The position numbers were made by a program, and so were the translations under genes. Below, in pieces: positions 1 through 10,161 of a DNA stretch of 64,000 nucleotides. Position 1 is the stretch's first letter. Each line of letters starts with the position of its first letter. Source of the DNA: Candidatus Melainabacteria bacterium 17Bon1m (GTDB lineage Bacteria; Cyanobacteriota; Vampirovibrionia; Obscuribacterales; Obscuribacteraceae); assembly GCA_032128875.1 (NCBI GenBank), contig JAVLKG010000009.1, forward strand, positions 160,001 to 224,000, read 5' to 3'. The notes under the pieces are model-generated. The model did no database searches. It was not told where the DNA came from and saw only the letters and a list, made by a program, of their open reading frames with translations.

Positions 1-675
1 GGGCAGGGTCACTGCCATTTCTTTGCTCAAAAGCGAAAGTGCAAAGCAAACAACAGAAAGCCAGATGTATGGCTTCTCTTCAATGAGCTTAAGCCGAAGA
101 AAATAGTATAGCGATGCCAGATAGAAAAGAGTACAAAGCAGATCGACCCGCCCGATGATCCATGCAACTGACTCGACGTGCAAGGGATAGGCTGCGAATA
201 ACAATGCCGCCCATATGGCTGTCGCCGCACGCATTCTGTTGCCAAATGGACCGCAAAGCTCTGACGCGATCAATGCCACAAAAAGACAGCAACAACTAGT
301 CAGCAGCAGGTTGGTAATGTGAAACCCAATTGCGTTTGTTTTATAAACAAGAAAATCGGTGAGGAGCGATAGCGAAATCAAAGGGCGGTAACTGAGCATC
401 AGGTCAGAGCGACCCCAGTTGCTGTAGAAGTTTGCAAGAAAGTCGTGCCAATCACCCTTGCTGACTGCGCGCGCTACATAATCAAGGTGCAGCCAGTCAT
501 CATGCAAAAATCCTATTGTCAAAGACGGCCAGAAGATTGTGAAAATCAGGATAGCTGAAAGCACAGTCGCAAAGACAATTTGTGTTTTAACCGATAGAAA
601 GTCCAGCTTTGCCGGCTCGAGATCGAGCCTGCTCAGGTCGTGCTTCGGTGCTTCGGCGGTGGCAGGTGTCGTCAT
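1..675 (-). CDS. GT-C-type (TMTC/ArnT-like) membrane glycosyltransferase, 3' end truncated by window edge; paralog of 672..3305
   Basis: Not in the ORF track. Manual translation from ATG at 675 (ATGA overlap with the upstream stop) gives MTTPATAE...GFLHDDWLHLDYV...FYSNWGRSDLMLSYRPLISLSLLTDFLVY...GFHITNLLL, which aligns motif by motif with the next ORF. Confidence 0.8.
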   Translation of the reverse strand, partial: MTTPATAEAPKHDLSRLDLEPAKLDFLSVKTQIVFATVLSAILIFTIFWPSLTIGFLHDDWLHLDYVARAVSKGDWHDFLANFYSNWGRSDLMLSYRPLISLSLLTDFLVYKTNAIGFHITNLLLTSCCCLFVALIASELCGPFGNRMRAATAIWAALLFAAYPLHVESVAWIIGRVDLLCTLFYLASLYYFLRLKLIEEKPYIWLSVVCFALSLLSKEMAVTLP

Positions 676-3305
676 TTGCTTTCCACCACCCCGTTTTTGT
701 CTGCGTTTTTCCTTTTGAAATATGCAGGTGTGACTTGAAAATTGATCGGATTGGAAACATAACCGAGAGGCTTATCTCGGGCATCCATAGCGAGTATGCG
801 AAACTCATAGTAGCCAGGCACTTTCAATGCCTTTAGAGAAACGACTGCATTCGTCGAACTTAAATTATCCAACTTACCCGAATCGAAAGCCTTATCAGAT
901 GGAGCTTTGTCGCGCAGTGTGCCAGTGTAATGTTCAAACCATGACTCCGGCCGGCTAATTTCGTACCGCACATATTTCGCTCCTTTGATTCTTGTCGCGT
1001 CGTAAATGAGCGGTCCGAGGTCTTTGTTTATGTAGAGAGTTCCGTTCGAGTCGATGTACGTTTTGGTCCCAGGTGCAAAGGATAGAGTCGGAATCTCATC
1101 ATCAGCGTTTATGAAGCGTACTGATTTGACGTTTATCTTGCATGGTTTTTCCGACGTGTTGAGCGTGAGTCCGGTGATTTTGCCTTCGCCCACCCAACTC
1201 TTTAGCTCCCCAACCGAGAAGCGGTAAGTGTTTTCGCCAGGCTTGAGAGGTTGAACAGACTCTCTTTCCTGAGCATAAATCGGATGCGTAGCTCCAGCCC
1301 ATCCCAAAACGAGAATCGCGTTTTCCGGAAGTTTTTTGTCGGGATCTTTCGGTTCTACTTTCAAAGTTACATCGAGAAAATCAAAGTCGGTCGATGGTGC
1401 GTCGATCGCCGGAGACTGGAAAATCTGATTTGCGTCTTCTAAGACAGCGTTTCCTCCTGCCAGCTCAAATGTTTGACGAGGAGCGCAAAGCGCAATCGAA
1501 TGCCAGCCTTTCATGGGCAGCAGTTTTTGTTCTGTGCTATCCCAAACAAAAACGCCGGCGAGATTCTTGTCGGCGAGCAGGTTTCGAAGCCTGGTTCTGC
1601 CAATCAAATTTGCATCGCCAAATGTCACTGGTTCAAACGTAATTATTCGCTCGCTAAGATCTTCCTTTGTCAGAGGAGGCTTCAATGTCACACCAAACAT
1701 AGAGGCGTTGTACAGCATGTGCGCGCCCTTTTGATGTGGTGGCAAATTCAGCAGAGCCACTTTCATGTCTTTGGGACGTCCGGTGAGTGCCGCTTCTACT
1801 CCTGCTCTCAAACTGTTGACGCCTCTCGAGGCTTCTACCCACGGTTGATTATTTTGTCGAGCGATAAAGGCATAGGAAATGGTGAAAAGAGCCGCCAAAG
1901 CCGTGCTCAGGAGAGGCAATAAGGAAATGTGCCCGTGATTTTTCTTTTCGTCTCCCGCGCCGAAAATTAAAGAAGCAATGATGAGAACAACCGGCGCTGT
2001 CGCCAGATAAACGAAGCGACCCCCCTGCAAGATTGCGGTGATGTCGAAGACTTGAACTGTCGGCGCCAACGCGATGACTAACCAGATTAGGCCTAAAGGA
2101 AGAAATGGTGAGATTGAGAAAGGAAATGCGCTAATTTTTCGCTTAGACAAAATTGCTCTTGCAACAGCGATTACGAGAGCAGCCCCTGTCATTAGTTTGA
2201 AAACAAGCCTGATCTTGTCGGATGGTTCGGTCACAAAATCGTTGAATGGAAGAAGCAGTCGGGTGAGGCTTCCCCCCTCAAACCAGCGACGAAAGAGTGA
2301 ATCTTTTAGACCTTCACCAACCGAGCCGCTATAGCCGCCGAATAATGTTCCTAAAACGACTGCGCGGAAGCCGAGATAGAGCAATAGCAGAAGGACGTGC
2401 CATTTGGTCGCTTTGAGTGCTTCTCTGAACGCTTCTACAAAACCGGCGCGCCATCCTGTGTCACTTTTGTTTTTTTGATGGTCAGAGCTGGAAAAGGCGT
2501 GGTTTATCAGCTCGTAAATGAAGATGGTCGGCGGCAAGGTAATCGCCATTTCTTTGGACATGAGCGACAAAGTGAACGCAATCAGGCTCAATACCTGCGT
2601 TGCTCCTGAACGTTTCTTCGCACCGTGCCTGCTCAGCAAATAGAGCCAGAGCGACAAGAAGAGAAATGTAGTGCAAACGCTATCGACTCTCGCAATAATC
2701 CAGCTCACAACCTCGGGATGCAGCGGGTGGCAAGCGAAAAGAGACGCCGTCAAAAGCGCTGTGGAAAACTTCGCGCGTTTGTCCAGAGCAGGGAACATGC
2801 ACAGGAGAGAAAGGAACAGAAAAACGGAGCTGAGCGTCTGGTAGAGGAAGTTGGAAATGTGAAAACCGTCGGGGTTTGCGCCCCAAAAGAGGTAATCAGA
2901 GGCAAGGGTAATGGAAATGAGTGGACGATAAAAACAAGTTCCGAGCGTCTGCATCCAATTCGAGTAGAAATTTTTCCACAATAAATGGGCATGCCCATTG
3001 AAGACGGATTTCAAATAATCGACATGGGCGAAATCGTCCGCTAGAAAATATCCGCGCAAACTATCGCTAAAGGCAGCGAAATTGAGCAAAACAATGATTA
3101 AGACAGCAGCCAAAATCAACAGCAACGAATCCTTTGCGGGTTCGTTTGCCGCGGCCGCCCTGGTGTTTAAACCGTCTTGGGAGGTTGACTGCTGAATGTT
3201 TTCTATCACCGTGAAGGATGTCTCCACTTCTAATTTCCGTCGATTAGCGAAGTGCGAATCAGGCGCTCGCGGGCGTCTTGGAGAATCAGGACAATTTGGT
3301 CTCAT
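672..3305 (-). CDS. Multi-pass GT-C-type membrane glycosyltransferase with large extracytoplasmic C-terminal region (true start probably nearer 3209-3227)
   Basis: About 10-11 TM segments; motifs FLADD, FYRP, HPLHPEVVSWIIAR and SKEMA resemble TMTC/PMT-like GT-C enzymes. Confidence 0.7.
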   Translation of the reverse strand: MRPNCPDSPRRPRAPDSHFANRRKLEVETSFTVIENIQQSTSQDGLNTRAAAANEPAKDSLLLILAAVLIIVLLNFAAFSDSLRGYFLADDFAHVDYLKSVFNGHAHLLWKNFYSNWMQTLGTCFYRPLISITLASDYLFWGANPDGFHISNFLYQTLSSVFLFLSLLCMFPALDKRAKFSTALLTASLFACHPLHPEVVSWIIARVDSVCTTFLFLSLWLYLLSRHGAKKRSGATQVLSLIAFTLSLMSKEMAITLPPTIFIYELINHAFSSSDHQKNKSDTGWRAGFVEAFREALKATKWHVLLLLLYLGFRAVVLGTLFGGYSGSVGEGLKDSLFRRWFEGGSLTRLLLPFNDFVTEPSDKIRLVFKLMTGAALVIAVARAILSKRKISAFPFSISPFLPLGLIWLVIALAPTVQVFDITAILQGGRFVYLATAPVVLIIASLIFGAGDEKKNHGHISLLPLLSTALAALFTISYAFIARQNNQPWVEASRGVNSLRAGVEAALTGRPKDMKVALLNLPPHQKGAHMLYNASMFGVTLKPPLTKEDLSERIITFEPVTFGDANLIGRTRLRNLLADKNLAGVFVWDSTEQKLLPMKGWHSIALCAPRQTFELAGGNAVLEDANQIFQSPAIDAPSTDFDFLDVTLKVEPKDPDKKLPENAILVLGWAGATHPIYAQERESVQPLKPGENTYRFSVGELKSWVGEGKITGLTLNTSEKPCKINVKSVRFINADDEIPTLSFAPGTKTYIDSNGTLYINKDLGPLIYDATRIKGAKYVRYEISRPESWFEHYTGTLRDKAPSDKAFDSGKLDNLSSTNAVVSLKALKVPGYYEFRILAMDARDKPLGYVSNPINFQVTPAYFKRKNADKNGVVESK

Positions 3306-3528
3306 TGCTCAAGACGGTCCGATTATGACTTGGATCCGCTCTGAGTGCGTGAGTTAGACATCAGCAGGGGTAGCCAGATTGCACTTTTCTTGTTAGAAAA
3401 ATAATAGGAGAGTAATTGAATTAGAAGTTTAAGGACCATCTGCCTGAGCAGGCAACCAGGTAAGCTTTAGTACCTAGCCAAGTGGTGAATTCTAAAGAAC
3501 GGAAGACCGTAGTAATTTGCTGGTATCT

Positions 3529-4965
3529 ATGAAAGACCACATCACTGACGAATCGACGCTGAAATTCCCGGATGGCTTCATCTGGGGCGCTGCCACGTCG
3601 CATTTTCAGGTGGAAGGGCATCCGACCGAAATTAAAAACAAGCTGTCTGATTGGTCCAAGTGGGCTTCGATTGCCGGCAACATCGCCGATAGCACGACTG
3701 CGGATGCCGCCTGCGACTTCGTTTCGCGATATCTGGACGACATCGAGCTCCTCAGCGGGCTGAATTTGGGCGCTCTGAGAATCAGCTTGAATTGGGCGGT
3801 CTTATGCCCTGACGACGAAGAAACTCGCAGTGGACAAAAGCGCCTGAGCCTCAATCCGGAAGGCGTTCAATACTATAAGAAATTGCTCTCGACCCTGAAG
3901 GGCCGTGGCATTACAACCTTCGTAACCCTCTTCCACTTCTGCCTGCCGCAGTGGCTGGCTGAGGAGGGTGGTTGGTTGGGACCACGAACCGCTGAGGAAT
4001 TTGGACGTTTTGCCGAGTTGGTGGCTGGTGAGCTGGGCGAGTATATAGACTACTGGATCACGATTAACGAACCGCTTCCGTACGCTTATCAGGGCTACGT
4101 TGAGGGCTCCTGGCCTCCCGGTCAGAAGCATCATTACGTCAACGCCTTCCAATGCGTACACAACATGTTGCAAGGCCATGCACTTGCATATCATGCGATT
4201 CACAAGATCATTCCGACAGCACAGGTCAGCTTTACCAATCACTGGCGCCCGTTTGTGCCCGTCAACAAGTGGAATCCGCTCGACAATCTTGTCACCCACA
4301 TGCGCAATCGTGTCTTCAATCACCTGTTTCCCAATGCGATCAAAACAGGTGCGATGGATTTTCCATTCCCGCTGACGCTGCGCACTGCGATTAAAGAACT
4401 TTGCCGTCCCATCGAAGGTCTCAAGGGGACAATGGACTATAGCGGCGTCAACTACTACACGCGCGACCTTTCGCATCACAGCCTGGAAGCGCCTTTTGAC
4501 GTGTTCGGAAGGAGCAGTCGCGGACCAGATACGGAAGTGAGCTGCATGGGCTGGGAAAGTTATCCTGACGGTCTCTATGAAGTTCTCACAAATGAGTTGC
4601 GGCAATACTCCAAGCATGCCGACGGCAGAGATTGTCCGATTATCATTACGGAAAACGGCTTTGCCGACCTATTTCCGGCGCACCTGACTGAAGACGGTGA
4701 CTGGTCGCTTGCCGATGATTACCGCATCAAATACATGATTTCGCACTTGAAAGCGATGCACAAAGCGATTAAGAAGGGCGCCAACGTCAAAGGTTATCTT
4801 TATTGGTCTTTGCTTGATAACTTCGAGTGGGCTGAGGGGCTTAAAGCCCGATTTGGCTTGGTGCGCGTTGCTTTCCCGACTCAAAAACGAACTCTGCGCA
4901 AGAGTGCCTATGTGTATGCCAAAATAGCTTCTAGTAATGCGCTGGACAACGGATCGGGCTATTAG
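3529..4965 (+). CDS. Glycoside hydrolase family 1 (beta-glucosidase/galactosidase)
   Basis: FPDGFIWGAATSHFQVEG N-terminus, acid/base TINEP, nucleophile ITENG, WSLLDNFEW. Confidence 0.95.
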   Translation: MKDHITDESTLKFPDGFIWGAATSHFQVEGHPTEIKNKLSDWSKWASIAGNIADSTTADAACDFVSRYLDDIELLSGLNLGALRISLNWAVLCPDDEETRSGQKRLSLNPEGVQYYKKLLSTLKGRGITTFVTLFHFCLPQWLAEEGGWLGPRTAEEFGRFAELVAGELGEYIDYWITINEPLPYAYQGYVEGSWPPGQKHHYVNAFQCVHNMLQGHALAYHAIHKIIPTAQVSFTNHWRPFVPVNKWNPLDNLVTHMRNRVFNHLFPNAIKTGAMDFPFPLTLRTAIKELCRPIEGLKGTMDYSGVNYYTRDLSHHSLEAPFDVFGRSSRGPDTEVSCMGWESYPDGLYEVLTNELRQYSKHADGRDCPIIITENGFADLFPAHLTEDGDWSLADDYRIKYMISHLKAMHKAIKKGANVKGYLYWSLLDNFEWAEGLKARFGLVRVAFPTQKRTLRKSAYVYAKIASSNALDNGSGY

Positions 4966-4981
4966 GACACTCAGCAAATTT

Positions 4982-6985
4982 ATGAATACAAAAATAAAGG
5001 CGAAGTTCTTTCTTCCTTTGGCTTTTGCCCTGCTTTCCGTCTTTGCAGTTCTGGCGCCTGATCCCAATTTTCAAACAGCGCAATCAGCCCGCGCCGCCTC
5101 GTCCGAGGGTGCCAAGCACACAACATTACGCATGGTCGCGGATGTTAAGGAAGTGGTCCCCGGATCAACATTCATGCTCGGAGTCGAGCTGACCATGCAG
5201 CCTGGATGGCACACGTATTACAAAGAATCCGGCGATGCAGGCATGCCGACTTCAATCGAATGGGTGTTGCCGCCAGGCTATAAGGCCGGCGAACTTCTCT
5301 GGCAAAAGCCACACAAGTTTGATGACGGCGGCATTGTCACATACGGGTATGCAGACAAAACAGTAATTGCTGCCAAAGTCACCGCACCGGATACGATACC
5401 GGACGGAGAACAGAAACTAGTCGCAAAAGTAAAATGGTTAGAGTGCAAAGAACTTTGCATTCCCGGTTCTGGCGAAACTTCCATGAGCCTGCCGGCAGGT
5501 AAGAAAGGCGCTACTGCCGCTCCTGGCGACACTGACCTGTTTAAGGATAGCGGATTTGATGGAAAGGTCTCTGACATAACAGCGGAATCGCATGGCACTG
5601 CTGGTGGTGACGGCGGAAGCACCTCTACTGGTTCTTCCGGCACGACCGCACAAAATTCCAGTGCCGGTAGCATTCTCGATCGCAACCTGACACCCGCTGA
5701 TACGGGTGGAACCATGCCGCCTTATATGTATTTCGCGCTGGCTGTTCTCGGTGGTTTTATCCTCAACTTCATGCCCTGTGTCTTGCCTGTAATCGCGATC
5801 AAAATCATTAGCTTGATGGAGCAAGTCGACGATGAGCCAGGTCGCGTTCGTCTACAAGGTCTCGTTTTTGCTGCCGGTATACTCTCTTCTTTCCTAGTCT
5901 TAGGCGGTGTTGTACTGGCAGCCCGTGAGGCTGGACAGTCAGTAGGCTGGGGATTTCAAATGCAGTACCCGCCATTCGTAATCGCGATGGCGACTATCAT
6001 CATGATTTTCTCGCTTAGCTTATTTGGACTCTTCTACGTCACCGTCAATCCGGGGCAAGCTCAAATCGACAAACTTGCCAGCAAGGAAGGACTGACTGGA
6101 ACCTTCTTCAAAGGCGTTCTGGCGACTGTTCTTTCTACGCCCTGTACCGCGCCTGCGCTGGGACCGGCAGTCGGTTTTGCATTTGCGCAATCGCCCATTG
6201 TTATTCTCGGAATCTTTGAAGCCGTGGGTTTGGGAATGTCTTTGCCTTACCTGCTGCTTACTATCAATCCAAACTGGTTGCGCTTTATTCCAAAACCAGG
6301 CGTATGGATGGAAAAGTTCAAAGAAGCCATGGGATTCGTCCTTCTTGCCACCGTCGCCTGGCTGTTAAGTGTCGTTGGTGCACAAGTGGGAGCTAGCGGA
6401 GTTCAATCGGTTGGCTTTTTTCTTACTGGTATCGCTTTTGCAGTTTGGGTTTCTGCTCGATTCACTGACTTGTCTTCAACTACTCAGCGAAAGGCAGTTG
6501 TATGGTCGATTTCAGGTGTTATTTCGGCGGTTTGCTTGTATGTCTTCGTTCTTTCGCGTCCAGACCTGATGGGTAATGTGCCTTCAGAACCTGCGACAGC
6601 CAAAACCGCTGTCACTGAGTCTGGTATCACCTGGCTGCCGTTCAGCATTGATGATTTGGACAAGAATATTGCAGCGAACAAGACTATTCTTCTGGATTTC
6701 ACCGCAGACTGGTGTCTCACTTGCAAAGTCAACGAGAAGACAGTACTAGACAGTGCTCCGGTTGTTGAGCAGCTTAAAGCACTGAATGTGGTGACAATGA
6801 AAGCTGACTGGACTCGAAGAGATGAAACCATCTCTAAGCTGCTTCAGAAATTTCAACGCTCCGGAGTGCCGCTCTATGTGGTCTTTCCAGCAGGCAAAGG
6901 ATCGTCGCCTATCGTTCTTCCTGAAGTAATCACGCCTCAACTTGTCGTAGACAAATTGAAAGAAGCAGGTCCAAGCAAAGGTTAA
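4982..6985 (+). CDS. dsbD: DsbD/ScsB-like thiol:disulfide interchange protein
   Basis: Signal peptide; N-terminal domain GWHTYY...CKELC; TM domain with NFMPCVLP and STPC; C-terminal thioredoxin DFTADWCLTC. Confidence 0.9.
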   Translation: MNTKIKAKFFLPLAFALLSVFAVLAPDPNFQTAQSARAASSEGAKHTTLRMVADVKEVVPGSTFMLGVELTMQPGWHTYYKESGDAGMPTSIEWVLPPGYKAGELLWQKPHKFDDGGIVTYGYADKTVIAAKVTAPDTIPDGEQKLVAKVKWLECKELCIPGSGETSMSLPAGKKGATAAPGDTDLFKDSGFDGKVSDITAESHGTAGGDGGSTSTGSSGTTAQNSSAGSILDRNLTPADTGGTMPPYMYFALAVLGGFILNFMPCVLPVIAIKIISLMEQVDDEPGRVRLQGLVFAAGILSSFLVLGGVVLAAREAGQSVGWGFQMQYPPFVIAMATIIMIFSLSLFGLFYVTVNPGQAQIDKLASKEGLTGTFFKGVLATVLSTPCTAPALGPAVGFAFAQSPIVILGIFEAVGLGMSLPYLLLTINPNWLRFIPKPGVWMEKFKEAMGFVLLATVAWLLSVVGAQVGASGVQSVGFFLTGIAFAVWVSARFTDLSSTTQRKAVVWSISGVISAVCLYVFVLSRPDLMGNVPSEPATAKTAVTESGITWLPFSIDDLDKNIAANKTILLDFTADWCLTCKVNEKTVLDSAPVVEQLKALNVVTMKADWTRRDETISKLLQKFQRSGVPLYVVFPAGKGSSPIVLPEVITPQLVVDKLKEAGPSKG

Positions 6986-7446
6986 AGCTTGGAGATTTCT
7001 TCCAGCACTTTTGCGTTTTCCGGCATGCCTTCATGAACGTATTGAATGATGCCGTTCTTGTCGATAAGGAAAAGCACGCGGCTTGCTGTATTTTTGTCTT
7101 CTGCAACAACGCCGTATTTGCGACCAACTTCATGAGTGTGGTCGGCGAGCAGGTGCTGTTTCAAATTGAACTTGGCAGCAAAGCCTTCGTGACTCTTCAC
7201 CGAATCTGTTGATACACCGAAGACGACAGTGTCTGCGCTTTCAAACTTAGAATAGTCTTCAGTGATGGCGCACATTTCTTTTGTGCATCCTGGTGTGTTG
7301 TCTTTCGGATAGAAAGCCAGCACGACATTCTTTTTTCCGAGGTAGTCGGAAAGGCTGATTTTGCCTTCGGGAAATGCTTCACAGGTAAAATCTGGTGCCT
7401 TTTCGCCAACGCGAGGCAATGCGACAGCTTCTCTTGGTGACGTCAT
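6982..7446 (-). CDS. bcp: Peroxiredoxin, Bcp/PrxQ type
   Basis: FYPKDNTPGCTKEMC active-site motif (PxxxTxxC plus resolving Cys). Confidence 0.9.
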   Translation of the reverse strand: MTSPREAVALPRVGEKAPDFTCEAFPEGKISLSDYLGKKNVVLAFYPKDNTPGCTKEMCAITEDYSKFESADTVVFGVSTDSVKSHEGFAAKFNLKQHLLADHTHEVGRKYGVVAEDKNTASRVLFLIDKNGIIQYVHEGMPENAKVLEEISKL

Positions 7447-7601
7447 AGCTAAATCCCTCTCTTTCTAGGATTGAAAGGCATAATTGTTGCACTGTCACAT
7501 AGTTGGCGCGCGATTATTTAATGTCGAAGAGACTAATGGTTACCGAAAACTTCAGCGAGGTTTTGCGGATTCACTGTTCCGAAGATGTTGGAACTTCTAA
7601 A

Positions 7602-7634
7602 GCAAGAAGCTTCCGCAAATGCAGAAGCTTCTTT
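7602..7634. terminator. Probable intrinsic terminator hairpin downstream of the Roadblock-domain gene
   Basis: aagaagcttc-cgcaaatgca-gaagcttctt inverted repeat. Confidence 0.45.
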
Positions 7635-7656
7635 GAGGCTTTGGATTTCGATTTGA

Positions 7657-10035
7657 TTAACCGTTGATGGTTTCTTGAATTGCTTCGACGAGATTGTCGA
7701 GACCACCGACAGAGAATTGATCTGCAAACACCGCGAGGATGCCGACATCAACGTCGGTGAGGATTGTAACCTTGAGCTCGCCCTTCAAATCAGTGAGCAA
7801 GACCATCTGTCTCAACTTGCCGATTTCGAGCTTGTTGGTGCCGAGGTTACTGGTGCTGAGCAGTGCAGTAGAAAGCACGCCCAACGTGTCTTTATCCATG
7901 TCTGAGCGGGTCGAGGCGGCAATCACGAGACCGTCGTGACCGACAATCAAACTGCCGTAAACGTTAGGGAAAGTGTCGATGTGATTCAACAACGCTTGAA
8001 TGCCTTCACCACGCGCAGCGCTGATGACTCTTGCGGTGGCAAGATTCGCACCGATGGTTCTTTGCTCTTCTTCTGCTTTGATGATGCTTTCCACAACGGA
8101 AACATCGAGAAGCAGCTTGCCGACAGTCTTCATGGTGCCGACGGAATCAGCCCCTGTTGTCGGCTCGGCTGCAGACTTGTTGGAAAGGCGTCCAAACTCT
8201 TTGAGTTGATTGGGCTTAGTCGGCTTGCCATCAGGACCTACAGGTGGGGTCGCAGCTTCTTGCATGGCATTGAGATCCGGCTTGGCAAACATTGCTGTTT
8301 CTTTGACCGGCTTGGCAAGATCGTTCGGCAACGGAGTTGCTGCAGCGGCAGCTGCGGCTGCGGCGGCTGCTGCTTCTTTCTGCGCTACAACTTCCAATTC
8401 ACCAGTATCGGTGACAGGTTTTGCTTTTCCTGTTCCTACTTCTCTTAGAGCTTCTTCTGGTGCTAGATTCGAGAAGATCTCTTCGATGTCCTGGTCAACG
8501 CCGTGTTCGAAGAGAGGCTTGTCTTCATCTTCGTCGTCGTCAAGTCTCCGCGACGGCAATGTCTTTTCTGCTTTTTCTTCAGTCTTGGCTGCTGGTTCGA
8601 ATGAAATGTCTTTTCCAGCACCGGACTCGCGGGCCTTGGCAAAGATTGCATCGATATCGGCAGCTTCTTCCTCTTCTTCTTTCTTCTTCGCAGCGGGCGC
8701 GGAGCCTACTTCGCGAAGAGCCTCTTCAGGAGCGAGGTTTTTAAAGATGTCGTCGACATCACTGTCGAGATTTTCGTCGAAGAGCGGTTTGTCCTCGTCT
8801 TCGTCATCATCGAGGCGACGCGAAACAGGTTCGGGCTTGGGCTCGGGTTTTGGTTCCGGCTTCGGCTCGGGTTTCGGTTCCGGCTTCGGCTCAGGTTTTG
8901 GTTCCGGCTTGGGCTCTGGTTTTGGTTCCGGCTTGGGCTCAGGTTTTGGTTCCGGCTTGGGCTCGGGTTTTGGCTCCGGCTTGGGCTCGGGTTTCGGTTC
9001 AGGTTTCGGCTCCGGTTTGAACTCAAAGCGTTCCGGCTCTGGCTTGGGTTCTGGCTTCGCCTCTGCTTTTGGTTCTGGCGCTTCCAGGCTCGGCATCTGG
9101 TTTTTGGTGATGGCGCCCATCAAGCGCGAACCAAGATCCATATGCGAGCTGCTGCTCGCAGGCTCTGCTGCTGCTGCCGTCGGCTCTGGCGGAATTTCCT
9201 CGGCAACACCTTGGTCGCTTTCCATTTGGGTAAGCGGTTCGTCCATAATCGAAAGCGGCTCATCATCTAGTCTGTCGAGGATGTCCTTCAAACTTTCTTG
9301 ATTTGCTGCTTCGTCTTCCGGGCGATGGCCACCGGTACCACTGGCGCTCAGCGCCTGCAGTTTGGTAAATGTGCTGGTGCTTTTTCTCTTCTGTGCTTGC
9401 AATCGAGTTGCTGTAGCAGAAGCGGCGGATCTTCTCTCGTCGTCGATTTCTTGAACGGGAGATTTCGCTGGTGGTTCTGGCTTTGCTGGCGGCTTTTCTT
9501 CTTCAGCATCTAACTTGTCCAGAATTCCGCGCAGCTTGGTAGACGACGTCGCGGCTTTCGCCTTGGTCTTTCCGAGTTTGATTGCGCCTTTCGATTCGGA
9601 TTGTTCTTGAACAGACTCTTCTTCGCCCGTGTCAGTACCTGCCGAATAAACCGACAATGGCTCGAGCCTAAAAAGGGCGACGGCGGCACCGATACCAAAC
9701 ACAGAGCTTACGACGAGCGGCACGACAGGCAACGTGAGCTTCATTGGCGCTACAAAAGCAAAGTGCCCGCCAATTGCAACTCCCAGTGCAGACAAAACGA
9801 GTATGGATACAAAACCTACGCCTGCAACCTGAAGTAATTGGTTGAGGCGTCCATTCTCAAAACATATACGGCTGAAAAGCAACGCAGCGCCGAGCTGTGC
9901 AAGCACCAGTGTCGCGGCGTTGACGCTGAAGGTCAAATCTTTCCAGGGCGACTGTGTGCCTCCGAAAGTTAGAAGGAGGGCAAGCACGATGGCTGCGCTG
10001 AACCAAATCCAATTTCGAACGACCAGTTTGTACAT
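7657..10035 (-). CDS. Membrane-anchored protein: 4 TM, long acidic/Pro-rich disordered region with KPEP repeats, C-terminal Roadblock/LC7 (MglB-like) domain
   Basis: N-terminal hydrophobic helices; C-terminus [17 protein letters not shown]...[10 protein letters not shown]...IGKLRQMVL matches the Roadblock pattern. Confidence 0.8.
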   Translation of the reverse strand: MYKLVVRNWIWFSAAIVLALLLTFGGTQSPWKDLTFSVNAATLVLAQLGAALLFSRICFENGRLNQLLQVAGVGFVSILVLSALGVAIGGHFAFVAPMKLTLPVVPLVVSSVFGIGAAVALFRLEPLSVYSAGTDTGEEESVQEQSESKGAIKLGKTKAKAATSSTKLRGILDKLDAEEEKPPAKPEPPAKSPVQEIDDERRSAASATATRLQAQKRKSTSTFTKLQALSASGTGGHRPEDEAANQESLKDILDRLDDEPLSIMDEPLTQMESDQGVAEEIPPEPTAAAAEPASSSSHMDLGSRLMGAITKNQMPSLEAPEPKAEAKPEPKPEPERFEFKPEPKPEPKPEPKPEPKPEPKPEPKPEPKPEPKPEPKPEPKPEPKPEPKPEPKPEPKPEPKPEPVSRRLDDDEDEDKPLFDENLDSDVDDIFKNLAPEEALREVGSAPAAKKKEEEEEAADIDAIFAKARESGAGKDISFEPAAKTEEKAEKTLPSRRLDDDEDEDKPLFEHGVDQDIEEIFSNLAPEEALREVGTGKAKPVTDTGELEVVAQKEAAAAAAAAAAAATPLPNDLAKPVKETAMFAKPDLNAMQEAATPPVGPDGKPTKPNQLKEFGRLSNKSAAEPTTGADSVGTMKTVGKLLLDVSVVESIIKAEEEQRTIGANLATARVISAARGEGIQALLNHIDTFPNVYGSLIVGHDGLVIAASTRSDMDKDTLGVLSTALLSTSNLGTNKLEIGKLRQMVLLTDLKGELKVTILTDVDVGILAVFADQFSVGGLDNLVEAIQETING
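8827..9018 (-). repeat. 16 tandem 12-bp units encoding (KPEP)16
   Basis: 192 bp, in frame, with synonymous variation between units. Confidence 0.95.
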
Positions 10036-10161
10036 TTAAAAGATCGGTCCTTGAGATCTATATAAAAAACTAAGTTCAATATACCCTGTCACACAGGGTT
10101 TACGGTGCAAACTGAACAGGTTTGAAGACCGAAATCGCCCCTTGAAAGCGCTGTTTCGTTA

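Noticed and set aside
8210..9301. 363-aa plus-strand ORF with GSGF repeats
   Set aside because: It is the antisense reading of the KPEP repeat gene.
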